Origin: Octopus vulgaris
Lineage: Eukaryota
Assembly: GCA_951406725.2 (NCBI GenBank)
Contig: OX597820.1
Location: 104,842,001 to 104,906,000 of the forward strand
Length of the DNA stretch: 64,000 nt
Reading direction: 5' to 3'
Part shown: positions 14,400 to 27,488 of the stretch, one piece after another
How positions within the stretch are numbered: the stretch's first letter is position 1
Layout: the number at the start of each line of letters is the position of its first letter
Notes under the pieces: generated by a model
The model's database searches: none
The model's input: the letters and a program-made list of their open reading frames with translations, nothing else
What the model was told of the DNA's origin: nothing
Translations under genes and position numbers: made by a program

Positions 14400-14705
14400 G
14401 TGAATTTTAGGGCTTATAAATCTAATATTTTCCTATCCTTCCTTAATACCGGTTCCCATATGCTGCTCATATCTGCACTCGGTCTGCTTGTTGTTGTGTC
14501 TTAGCATATGTGCTGCTTCTTTTAGTTTTTGTATTTTCCAATGGTGTTCTCTGTCTATTATTTTAATTTCATCCCACAGGGGGGGGGTCTCCATTTTTCA
14601 ATACATGATCAGTTATACCCGATTTATCAATATCTCCTCGTGTCACAGCTTTGCGATGTTCCTCTACCCTTATTGTGAGGAGGCGGCATGTTTCGCCTCT
14701 GGAAA
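14400..14705 (-). mobile_element. Penelope-like GIY-YIG endonuclease 3' fragment
   Basis: GETCRLLTIRVEEHRKAV..KSGITDHV..WDEIKIIDREHHWKIQKLKEA. Confidence 0.8.
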
Positions 14706-14742
14706 TATGTAAATAATGTACATAATCCCTCATCTCTTAAAT

Positions 14743-14913
14743 ATAGGCGGCCATGCTGGAGCACCACCTTTAGTTGAACAAATCGACTCCAGGACTTATT
14801 CTTTGTAAGCATAATACTTATTCTATCGGTTTCTTTTGCCGAACCGCTAGGTTTCGGGGACGTAAACACACTAACATCGGTTGTCAAGCGAATGCAGAGA
14901 CAAACACAAACAC

Positions 14914-14990
<77 letters not shown>

Positions 14991-15485
14991 GCCGACCAAA
15001 GCCTTGTGAGTGGATTTGGTAGACGGAAACTGAAAGAAGCCCGTCGTATATATGTATATATATATATATGCGTGTGTATGTTTGTGTGTCTGTGTTTGTC
15101 CCCCTAGCATTGCTTGACAACCGATGCTGGTGTGTTTACGTCCCCGTCACTTAGCGGTTCGGCAAAAGAGACCGATAGAATAAGTATTGGGCTTACAAAA
15201 GAATAAGTCCCGAGGTCGAGTTGCTCGACTAAAGGCGGTGCTCCAGCATGGCCGCAGTCAAATGACTGAAACAAGTAAAAGAGTAAAAGAGTAATATATG
15301 TGTGTGTGTGTGTTGGTGTGTTTACGTCCCTGAGACTTAGCGGTTCGGCTAAAGAGACCGATAGAATAAGTACTAGGCTTACAAAGAATAAGTCCTGACG
15401 TCGATTTGTTCAACTAAATACGGTGCTCCAGCATGGCCCCAGTCAAATGACTGAAACAAGTAAAAGAGTAAAAGAATAAAAGAGT
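14743..15485. mobile_element. Cluster of SINE family A partial copies (one -, two +)
   Basis: 14743-14918 (-), 14990-15292 (+) and 15310-15485 (+) match the family consensus seen elsewhere in the window. Confidence 0.85.
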
Positions 15486-15923
15486 ATATATATATATATA
15501 TATATATACACTAGCCACTACACATTCTTTATTTTCTCTCTTTGTTTCTTTCTGTGGAAGAGCGTAGGCTCGAAACGTTAAAGACTTTTTCACTTCCCGA
15601 GCGTTAAGCTAATACATCTGTTTGTTGTCTACACCACTTGTCTTCGTCTTTTGTTTTTGTTTGCGAATATATATAGGGAGAATATGTATAAGGATAAGAT
15701 GGTTAATCTAAAAATAAAGTAACGATTTTATCAAGTGGCCAGCATGGAAAAAATAACCTTCAAAGGTAATAATTATTAAAATTATAAATTAGGGTATCTA
15801 CGAGATACCACCATGCTGAAACTAGCAGCCATAATCTGACTCTAAAACCACCTTAATTATCCATATGTCAACACGAAGAGAAAACAAAGAGACAAGATGA
15901 AACTAGTAAAAAATTACTGGATA

Positions 15924-15982
15924 ATTCTAGATCCCGGATTTCTAGCTTTGCATTTAGTAATGCTTTGCCTCGTCAGTAGAAT
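15924..15982 (-). ncRNA. Type I hammerhead ribozyme motif
   Basis: attcta-CTGACGA-ggc aaa gcatt acta aatgc aaa gct a-GAAA-tcc g gga-TC-tagaat. Confidence 0.7.
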
Positions 15983-16139
15983 ACACACAGAAGAGAAACA
16001 TAAATACATATATAAGCACAACATACGAATACTTACATATACGAACGTATACCCACATATATATGCACGTATGCATCATGGCCAGTTCAAAATGCCCACC
16101 GCTTATATATATATGTATTTATGCTTCTCTTCTGTGTGT

Positions 16140-16198
16140 ATTCTACTGACGAGGCAAAGCAAAACTAAATGTAAAGACAGAAATCCGGGATCTAGAAT
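16140..16198 (+). ncRNA. Type I hammerhead ribozyme motif (stem II decayed)
   Basis: attcta-CTGACGA-...-GAAA-tccggga-TC-tagaat. Confidence 0.6.
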
Positions 16199-16347
16199 TA
16201 TCCAGTAATTTTTTACTAGTTTCATCTTGTCTCTCTGTTTTCTCTCCGTGTTGATATATGGACAATATGGTGGTTTTAAAGTCAGATCATGGCTGCTATT
16301 TTCAGCATGGTGGTATCTCGTAGATACCCTAATTTATAATTTTAATA

Positions 16348-16410
<63 letters not shown>

Positions 16411-16467
16411 TGTATGTATGTATGTATGTATGCATGTATGTATGTGTGTATGTAAGTAATGTGTATA

Positions 16468-16525
<58 letters not shown>

Positions 16526-16799
16526 AACACATGTTATTTACTGTTAGATACATACATACCTTCACGCGCCCATGTGTGTGTGTGTATGTGTGTGTGTGTG
16601 TTGTGTGTGTGTGTGCGCGCGTGTGTATGCATGTGTGTGTGAAGAATATAAGCGTGGTATAGATTACCAGGCAGTGGTCAGAGAGATCCGAACTTAAACT
16701 CCAACTCCTTCACTAAGGTCAGGTTTATCTCAATAGTAAGAGATAAACTTAAACTTAATCGTTGGAAATGCATTGGCGGCCTAATCACATGCTTCCACA

Positions 16800-17900
16800 C
16801 TCTCCCTAACAAACTAATACTATTTTCTTCAGTTTGGTACCTCTAATTTCCATGCCTCTATATCTTCCATTTACAAGGAAGTTCACACCGCTATCGCACT
16901 CTAATAGTGATGTTATTTTAACGGCATGAAAATTTTCTATCCTTTAAAACCAAAACAGGGTCCAGAAATTCCCCTGCATACTATTTTGGCACCACAACGG
17001 TATCTTCTGATGCTGCCCATGCAACTGACTTCATAGACTTGTTCCTCTTATATCATATTAACAAACACATTCCTAGGTTAGTTGGGTAGGAGTCTATAGG
17101 GACGACGCTCTTTTTATATCCACTGAGTGTTCGAAATCAAGCTTTGAACGTGCTCTAATAGCCCTCCACGAGTTCTTTAAAAATTATAACATTTCTATCT
17201 TCTTCGAAAACAGCACTGAAATAGCCAACTTCTTGGACGTTATCCTGGACTTACATTCTGACTTATTCTACTCTTACTATAAACCTAATGAATCCTTACA
17301 ACATATTAACGTCCAATCTAATCGCTCTAAAACCGTTTCAAATAGCATTATCAAAGGTACAATATTCCCTTTAGTATCGCCAATTACTCCGCTAATGAGG
17401 ACATTTTCAAAAATCACTCTCCCTCTCGTAGCTTTACAGGTTTCGCACATTTCTACCATTAGGCTGAAAAATAAGTTATTAGTTCCATATAACGATAACA
17501 CTACATCTAAACAAACCTCTGCCACTAGCTCAACTAACACTAAACGGCCCATTAATTCTTGTACTGTTAGCGTTTCTACAAACTATGAAACTTGACCGAT
17601 GGATATGAGGTGTACGCTTCGGTCGTCCCAGCTTGACCTTCCTCACCCGACGCTTAGCACACACAATACGAAGAATAGGAGACGCTAGACCCAATGGTTC
17701 GCACTTCCCTTCTCATGCAGGTTAAATCTCTCCCTAAACTCTTCTTAAATATCCTCAACTCTAACTTCTCACCCTAACATAAATACCACACCAATTTTTA
17801 ACTGATCCAATGTAAGACTCTCTTATTCCACCATATCTAACCTTGGATCTATAATCGCTACTTCGAATCGACGAAAACACGGATCTCTACTAAAGAATTC
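16800..17900 (+). mobile_element. Old degenerate Penelope-like RT
   Basis: VYRDDALFI..ANFLDVILDL..YYKPNESLQHINVQSN, resembling PLE RT and thumb motifs. Confidence 0.7.
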
Positions 17901-17984
17901 TGATAATTCCCTTCGTGACATACCCTATAATAATAACGATGGACTCTCCCGTCGAAGACTTCGTATGAGCATTCAGCTTTTGCC

Positions 17985-18238
17985 GAACGACCTGCACAAA
18001 TTATTTATTTACAGTGATCAAATGTTCGTGCCACACATTAGCTCACTCTCTCTCTCTCTCTCCATCAAATCGAAGTTGTCTGAACAAGTGCACGGTGTGC
18101 CATGCGTCAAGTGTCGAAGTGATTGCAGAAGAACGTGAGATGAAGTGTTTTGCTCAAGAACCACCAGGTCTAGGGACTGAAATCACGATCTAGCGATCGT
18201 AAGTACAATACACTATCCAGTAGACCATCCGCCCTCAT
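17985..18238 (-). mobile_element. tRNA-derived SINE family C
   Basis: tRNA-like head then ttcttgagcaaaacacttcat; a related + copy lies at 22415-22650. Confidence 0.65.
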
Positions 18239-18856
<618 letters not shown>

Positions 18857-19396
18857 ATAGCTATACTGGGGCTAAAACTACTATTAATGACGGTAACGTG
18901 AATACATGTAGTAAGAGCAATTACTGTAATAATATATGTACCAATATGACGAGTAATAATAATTATAATTATGCCAACAATTTTATGCTAATAACGATGA
19001 TGGTAAAATTCATAGTTTTAATCATAAGCCTGATAATTGAATTAACTACACTTATCTCCACGTGGCTAATAGTGCACCGCCCGTAACCTGCGATAAGTAA
19101 ACTTGCAACTTTAGAATACCGATTAATTTCCCTTAAGGGTGCCATTGCTCACACTATAATGTAGTTAGCACCACACGAACCCACTGGAATTTATGTTGGA
19201 GCAATGACCAATTTTACACGCTGATTTCTTGCTCACCTGAGCACCTTCTCGAACATTTCTAGAAAACGATCTACCTCCTTAGTCGTTCACATCCGCCACC
19301 TCAAAGTTGAGAGTATCCTCTATGACATTTCTTAGTCCATAATTGACAATGGAATACCGTGCACAGAAAACCGACTACCATGTAACGGACTTTATC

Positions 19397-19465
<69 letters not shown>

Positions 19466-20732
19466 TATGCGCACATTTTGAGAACCAAGACAATGTTCGT
19501 TAGGACGAAAACTGATAAGTCATTCCATCGCTATTCAGTGGAAGTAACAAAGGAGTGGATCATCCCGTTCTTATACACATTTGTGTGTGAAGAATGTCGT
19601 TTAAGATGTGTGTTAATGAGGTGCTTCTTCGTTTCGACTCATATCTAATAAGTGTCATATCTGTCTCTTTATGCTTCGTCAATTCACTTTTCATTGTGAG
19701 AATAACAATTAACATTGTTCTATTTATACATCTACATTACAGCCTGTCTCTGTATATCTTTACCACAACGCCTGCATAGCTATTATATTTTTGTAACAAT
19801 CTATGTATATATGCATGGGCGCGTGTGAGTATGTGTGCATCATCATTATCATCATCATCAACCTCATCCCCATCATCAACATCATCATCGGTTTAATGCC
19901 CATTTTGTTATGCTTGCATGAGTCGACCGGAGTTTATTGGAGCAAATTTTCTTCGGTTGGATGCCCTTCCTGTCGCCAATCCTCATTTGTTTCCAAGCGA
20001 AGAAATATATCCCTATGGCCAGCCATTTTATTTTCGAAGAATATTGGAAAATGGATGGCACTACTTGTTTGACAATTGCACTCATTTATAACTATGGTAC
20101 GATGTCAAAACAAGAAGATACTAACACACACATGCGCGCACGCACACCCGTGCAAGAACATACATAAACATACACGCGCGCGCACACACTCACAAATACA
20201 TATACGATGGATTTGGCCAACCAAATCCACTCAAAAGGCTTTGGTAAGCCCGGAGCAGTAACAGAAAACACTTGAGGTATGAACCCGAAACTATAGTTAG
20301 GATCCGAGCTGTGTGGTTACACAGCTCTGCCTGCACTATCTGCAACCGTTAATCCGAACACCTTTCTTCCCTCCTTTTTTTCCTCTCTCTCCATCTGTTT
20401 TCTCTCCTCATTATTTTTTGTAGAAGAGCAAAGACTCGAAACGTCAAAGACTCTTCCATTTTTCATGAGCGTCAAACTAATACACCTTATTTATTGTCCC
20501 CTCACCCGTCTCTGTCTCTTGCTTGTTTGTTTGAGGTTTTTTGTTTTTTTTTGTTGTTTTTTTTCTTTTGTTTTATGTTTTTTGGGGGGTGTTTTTTTTG
20601 TACAATCTTTGCGAACAACGCTCGTCGGCAGACTGATACCTGAGGATCGTATCAAAAGGCTTCTAGCGGCGGAAGCCTGAACTACAATGGGCTTGTCCCA
20701 CAGAGAACGTTTCCGGTTACTTTTGGGTACCC

Positions 20733-20848
<116 letters not shown>

Positions 20849-20860
20849 ATATATATATAT

Positions 20861-21022
20861 ATATTGTTATATTTCGGAATGGTCATATTGCCAGTTTAGC
20901 CAATAAAAACACACGCACTATATATTTGGTGTTATTTTACTTCAGTGTTATTTATTTTTTACATTAATCTTAATCTTTATTGGCTAAACTGGCAATATGA
21001 CCATTCCGAAATATAACAATAT
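20861..21022. repeat. Perfect 47-bp inverted repeat with 68-bp spacer
   Basis: 20861-20907 is the reverse complement of 20976-21022; a third copy lies at 7343-7383. Confidence 0.95.
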
Positions 21023-22689
21023 CTGTTTCAACACACGACTTCTCATAAAAAATCTTGCACAACAAATATTTAAACGTATATATATATATACATATACATA
21101 TATACCAAAAGAGAGTTAGAAATAGAAGACTAATGTGGTTCAATCCTCTGTTTAACCATATGTCAAGTTAGCTAGTCATGCTTAGATAATATCGCGTCCA
21201 AAATCGCACACAACAAAAGGAAAATTACATATCCACCGACTCTATTTCATACTCCAGCCTGTCACTGCCTAAATACCACCAGCTGCTCATTAGAGAGTAC
21301 TACCTCTCAAAGGCTCCGGTTTATAGAGCTAGCAACACCTCATCCGATGCTACCAGAGGAACTACACGGATCTTACAGCCAATGATTTCAAAGGAAGTTT
21401 AAGACAACGTTCGCACTCTTTTGAATACAGGAAGAGGAAAATCTTTACTTCTCGACCCCGCTTCGTCTGGAAACTCTGGGGGACTGATGAAGCTATTTCT
21501 CCTCAACACATGGACTATCCTTGACACTGCTTCCTCTAATTTACCTGAACCTTGTAATTGTCAACTCTGTTTCCGTGAGAAAGTGCACATACTGCAACAA
21601 CTGCACTATCCACTAACAAGAAAACTAAGCCATCGTATAGTTGCCATCAGCAAAATAATCTATTAATGAAATGACCTGTCGAATTAGTCACCAGAAAGGT
21701 TGTTTATTTTAGCTGAACAATACACACCTGCTGAGTAAATAATCTAAACCTGCCCATAGTAAGATTAACCCCTCTCTCAAACGGCTAGCGCAGTCTACCA
21801 GCGCTAATACTCAGCTATGAATGCATCACACAGCTAAGCATAACACACCACTAGGTGTCGCAGTGGTGTTGTAAAAATACTGATATGTAACATAACACCA
21901 AAAGTCCAATAACCGCCATTTAGAATAATATGGACATTCTTTTGCATTGCTATCTATCATCACTGCAGTGTAAAATCTCACTGTAGGTCAAGTAGGAGGT
22001 TACTAGATTATCTCCTATACTACGTGGAATTATCAGAGATAGCAGTTCCAACAATTCATCCACACAATATGAACTGATCAATGGGTCACTTCGAAGAGAT
22101 TTCATGACTGACTCAGATCCAGAACATCTGACGACATCGGCAGTTATCTGCGTCTTCGAAACTTCAAACAACATGTTGGAGTATTTGGGTTCCATTTTCA
22201 ATCGTTTATACAGCTATCAGCATGTATGTATGTATGTATGTATGTATGTATGTATGCACGCATGTGTGTGTGTATGTATGCATGCATATATGTAGTGTAT
22301 GTATGTATGTATGTGTGTATGTATGTACGTATGTATGCATGTGTGTATGTATGTATGTATGTATGTATGTATGTATGTATGTATGTATGTATGTATGTAT
22401 GTATGTATGTGAATGAAGGCATGTAGCCTAGTGATCATGGTGCTGCTTTCACGATCGCAAGCTTGCGGTTTCGATTCCCGGACTGGGCGCTATATTCTTG
22501 AACAAAAAACTTAATCTATCGTAGCTCTACAATCACTTCAACATCTGGCGTGCGGTGCACCGTGCACCTTTACAAACAATGTCGACTGGATGGAGGAAGG
22601 AAGTTTATGTACAGCACAAACATTTAATCACTTTAAACAATAAATTGCAGAAAGCCCCATCAGTAGTATGGTTTTTGCTAGATTTTTTT

Positions 22690-22985
22690 TCTCGCCCTTT
22701 TCAAGCCTAGCCAGGCTCATGGGCCAGGTTTCCCGGTCTCTGTGGCGTATGTGTCCCCCCCCCAGCTGGACGGGACGCCAGTCCATTGCGGCGTTACTCA
22801 AGAAACAGGAAGAAAGAGTGAGAGAAAATTGGGGCGAAAGAGTACAACAGGGGTTGCCACCACCCTCTACCGGAGCCTCGTGGGGCTTTTAGGTGTTTTC
22901 GTTCAATAAACACACACAACGCCAGGTCTGTGAATCGAAACCGCGAGCCCGCTGCCCTAACCACTGGGCCATGGCGCCTCCACTT
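22690..22985 (-). mobile_element. tRNA-derived SINE with V/Meta-domain-like core
   Basis: Head ggaggcgccatggcccagtggttagggcagcg..ggtttcgattc; core gcaatggactggcgtcccgtccag. Confidence 0.75.
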
Positions 22986-23042
22986 TTGCTAGATTAAAGT
23001 TGTTTTATTAAATTACCAAATATATCCTGAAATACTTTCCGC

Positions 23043-23107
<65 letters not shown>

Positions 23108-23135
23108 GTGTGTGCGTGCGCATATATATATATAT

Positions 23136-23359
23136 ACACGAGGAGCGGACGAAGAGTTCATAGGCTGACCAGGATACACTCATGGAATGTGACCAAATAA
23201 GGTTTGGCTGTGTGGTAAGTAGTTTGTTTACCAACCACATGGTTCCGGGTTCAGTCCCACTGCGTGGAACCTTGGGCAAGTGTCTTCTACTATAGCCTCG
23301 AGCCGACCAAAGCCTTGTGAGTGGATTTGGTAGACGGAAACTGAAAGAAGCCCGTCGTA

Positions 23360-23397
<38 letters not shown>

Positions 23398-24203
23398 TAT
23401 ATATGCGTGTGTGTGTTTGTGTGTCTGTGTTTGTCCCCCTAGCATTGCTTGACAACCGATGCTGGTGTGTTTATGTCCCCGTTACTTAGCGGTTCGGCAA
23501 AAGAGACCGATAGAATAAGTACTGGGCTTACAAAAGAATAAGTCCCGGGGTCGAGTTGCTCGATTAAAGGCGGTGCTCCAGCATGGCCGCAGTCAAATGA
23601 TTGAAACAAGTAAAAGAGTAAAAGAGTAAAAGAGAGAGTATAGTTCCCCTTGCGACCCACACATTTTTTCCATTCGTCATTGGTGTTGCAGTGCTTGGAT
23701 CCCATTGGAAGCTTTCATCCTGTTGGTTAAATCATCAACAGCAGATATGACGTCGTTATAACTGCTATATTCTTTCCCAGCCAAGTGTTTTGGGGATTAA
23801 TTTTATTTTATTTATTTATTTATTTTGAGGAACAGATGGAATCAAATCAAGAGAATAGGGAAACTGATCAACCAGTTCAAAGCCATAATCACACACAGCA
23901 GCCATTGAAACTAAGGATTTGCTTGGTGAAACATTTTCCTGGTGAAACAAAACCCCTTTTGTCTCTTTTCCTGAGCTTTAGATTAGGTGTCGAAAGACGT
24001 GACATCCACCGAGCAGAGACCTTCGTCATGCCAAGTTCATTGCGCAAAATATTCTCATCTCTCTCACGGGAGATGCTAATGGCATTGGGTCTTTGATTTA
24101 TAGCCAATCGCCTGTTATCCATCACCATGTGATGAACACGATCAATGTTTTCTTCGGTAGTGGTAGCCAGTTGCAGGACGTCCAGACCCTGGGTCATCTT
24201 CAA
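23136..24203 (-). mobile_element. Internally deleted mariner related to 229-1481, interrupted by a SINE
   Basis: TIR gacgaagagttcataggctgacc; EENIDRVHHMVMDNRRL..ILRNELGMTKVSARW. Confidence 0.85.
23204..23638 (+). mobile_element. Near full-length SINE family A nested in mariner
   Basis: Near-identical to 11455-11902. Confidence 0.9.
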
Positions 24204-25308
24204 AATATATATATATATATTGGTGCAGATATCACTGTGTAGTTAAAACGTAGATTTAGTCCCACTGTGTAGCACCTTGAGTAGCAAGTGTTTTCTACTT
24301 AATCCAGATCTGACCAAAGTATTGTGAGAGGATTTGGTAGACGGAAACTGAAAGAAGCCCGTCGTGTCTGAATTATGTACGTGTGCATACACATGATCTA
24401 CGCATTTGTGTCTTCTTGTCTTTACATCACGTAATAGCTAAAAGAAACGGTGTTATTTTTCCCTGACATTAGCAATAGAAATGAAGTAAAATGGTAACAA
24501 TTCGTCGTTGAAATCAATCACAAGCCGATTTCTTCGAGAGTTAATTGCTATTCAAGGTTCTCGGCATCTAACAAGAAGCCTTGACTTACTAGAAATAGCA
24601 GCGAAATATCCCTCAAGATACACCAGTCTTAGAAAAGGTAAAGAACTCAAAGAACTGTTCTTTCCTAGTGCCTATTTGCAGCTATGTGTTATAAGACAAC
24701 GTAAATGAAATATACAAAAATGGTAAAATAATGGTTTGTTGGGTCCAGTTTCAGCTCTCATCTGATTACTTGATTCAAGCTCATTTTGCATCACAGCTGT
24801 GGAACTTTGGGCAAATTTTCCTGCCTTAGCATCAGGTGATCAGGACCTTGTGATTGAAATTTGGTAAACGGAAAGTGTGCACAAGCTACTGTTTTCAAAG
24901 GTAGACTTAATTCCTTGCCCAGTTTAACTCTTTTGATACCAACCTACGTGAGACTGATACTTGGTTCTATGATATAAACATCCTGTTTTAAAGTGATCCT
25001 ACTTTTCATTTTAATTTGTTCCAAACACAGCCTAATAGTGACTAAATTGTTTTTAAAATGCATCACCATTGACAAAATTTATTAAAACAAAGCAGTGTAC
25101 TTCAACTGAAATATAAAAGGGTAACTCGTGTATCATTTGATGCATGAAAGCTTTTAGCAGAGTTCACTGTTACGAGAATTCAGATCAGTTCTCCTCCTTT
25201 CCATCCATCAGTCGTTGGTCGTAGAAACCTTAAAATAAAACGTCAGGTCGAACTTTAAAAAGATTTACGTGAATCAATTTTAACGCTGGGACTCGAAGTA
25301 GCTAATGC

Positions 25309-25316
25309 TATAAATA
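25309..25316 (+). promoter_or_regulatory. Candidate TATA box of the secreted-peptide gene (putative non-coding exon 1 ending ~25409, donor gtaaga)
   Basis: TATAAATA in unique CpG-containing DNA with nearby CRE-like ttacgtga/acgtca; donor ~100 nt downstream. Confidence 0.35.
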
Positions 25317-25814
25317 ACAGCACGTACAATATTGAGTTTTAAAGAACCCTTAGACGAGAAAATCTCTTCAAGATTCTAAATTCTTATAAAGATCTTTCAA
25401 GTCTCAATAGTAAGAGCAGAACATCTAAAATGGAGGGAGAAACTTCAAACTGTTGCTTTAGACGCTCGAGCGTCTGTCATGTTTATAGAAAATACGAGTT
25501 CGTGTCCCATCTCTAAATATCTTTTGTTTCCCCCACCTCATCCAAGATATTTTAAGACCCAATTTTCTACAAACTGCAGCTTTATTTATTTCAAGCTTCA
25601 CCGCTAAGAATAATTTACTTCACACCTCTCAAAGTTTTAAACACTTCTTATAAACATCTCAGAAAAATATGAGATGATCTTTATTGAAGGTACTGGTATG
25701 ATAAAGGGTTCCATTTGTTGTTGGCGTTTTGTACTCAACTCGTCATCAACCTATATTAGCTAACAGCTAAGTGAACTAAGTAAATGTAAAACCATATGAT
25801 AATAAACCAAATTG

Positions 25815-26559
25815 AAAATCATTTATCCTAAATTCCAAAATCCGAAAGTTATTTATTTTGATGCTGACATGACACGCTATCGTTGCATTCTTTGTATGTG
25901 AATACTGATAACTTGCCGAACTTTCCAATGCACAGTGGTGTCATTTATAATATACCCTCTCCTTCAAGTTTCTCGGATCTGACGTAATTGTAATATCTAG
26001 GTCTGCGCTTATGTTTAAATCAGTAAGCGGTGATCAATGTCTTTTGTTTTTTGTTTTTGTACAGTAAGCACAAAACGGGTTTTGTTGTTGTTTTTACGTA
26101 AGGTCTGAATTTCACCTCCATGTATGAGTGTAACATGACTAGATCAGTCCTTGCACATTACTTTAAAAATGAAATGCTGACTTTATTTCCAGCCTTCATC
26201 ACATTTACATGTAATCATATTCAATACCTTACATAAAAACTAATATTTGTATAGCGATAAAATAAAATACAAATGGCGTACGTATATTGTAAACTTTTAA
26301 TCAAAACATGACATCTTTGGTAGAGACTGACATCTTACTTTTCTGACGGTGTTATGTATAAAAAAATCATTAAAAAATTTATATAAAATTACATTCAGAG
26401 TATATGTATAAGCTATATTATGAAATGTAAATGGATGCTGTGTTTAGATTTAGGTCCCATCCCCAAGCTGCGCCGTTTTATAGATGCAAATATAAAAAAT
26501 ATTCTGAGATCTGAAACACGTTGGGGTCCCAGTAATTTCGATAAAGAATTGTCAATTGT
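25815..26559 (+). mobile_element. Non-autonomous Tigger/pogo element resembling Tigger4/MER46
   Basis: 5' tccaaaatccgaaa..gctgacatgac; 3' gtgtttagatttaggtcccatccccaag..tctgaaacac..ggtcccag..tttcgataaag. Confidence 0.7.
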
Positions 26560-27171
26560 AATACTGTGTAACTTCTTTTTTTTTTTTTTGTCACTGTTAT
26601 TCTCTATTTGCTTCTTTCTAGAAATCAAAGGAAATTACTACAATTCTCTTCAAACTTTGCTTTTGTGATTTGGACATCTGGACAGCAATGTTTTGAAACT
26701 GACCTATTTTCCATTACAATTCAGACAAATTCGGCGCTGAGTCACTCAAGCAGAAATATCGTTATAACATATTCTGCTCAGTACCATAGATTTGCTTGTC
26801 AGTTGTTTGACCTTAACCACTTGAGCACATCCTTTAGTGGCTGACTATGATGAGCAGGAGTAGTTGGGGAACATCATAGCCATGTGTTGAGAGGGATTCT
26901 TTGAAGTTTGAATAAATGTAATAAAAGCAAAGTTTGAAGGAAATATTAGCCATGTTTCGTATTTTCTAGTGGTAAGCAAATAGCAAATAACAGTTGCTCC
27001 CCAAAGACAAAAATCGTTTTACAATGTAATGGATTTGAAATGACAGCTTTCTACAAAAATAGCTTCAAATAACTTTGCTTGTTCCGTCAGCATTACACTT
27101 TGCAGCAAAAATACTATTTTAATGGGGTCCTTTTTCATTTTCTTTTATATTTATATATAAACAGGTTAACA

Positions 27172-27266
27172 ATGATGATGAGTTTACCACGCGTGGCTAT
27201 TATTGCTTTAATTTGTACCTTGATGTGCAGTTATGGAAGCAGTATGACTCTGGACGAGATCAGAAG
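27172..27266 (+). CDS. Secreted peptide precursor, coding exon 1 (signal peptide MMMSLPRVAIIALICTLMCSYGSS plus MTLDEIR)
   Basis: Acceptor aaacag| at 27164, donor ag|gtaaga at 27267 (phase 2); hydrophobic signal peptide. Confidence 0.85.
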
Positions 27267-27427
27267 GTAAGACATTTTGCTCACATTTTATTTTAACATT
27301 TCATGTTATTCATCCGCAAAAACACTGAAGTTGTTTTTCACCTCCAGGTTTGCTCCCATCCAACAGAACTAGGATCAAACTTCAACGGTGTTCCAGTTGT
27401 GACCAGTCCATTGTTTTTTTTTCTATC

Positions 27428-27488
<61 letters not shown>

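Larger units (their letters stand above)
15771..16350. repeat. Inverted repeat (~247-bp arms, 83-bp spacer), probably Penelope pseudo-LTRs
   Basis: 15771-16017 is the reverse complement of 16101-16350 with scattered mismatches. Confidence 0.95.

Noticed and set aside
21950-22201. 83-aa ORF in unique-looking DNA
   Set aside because: No recognisable motif or convincing splice context
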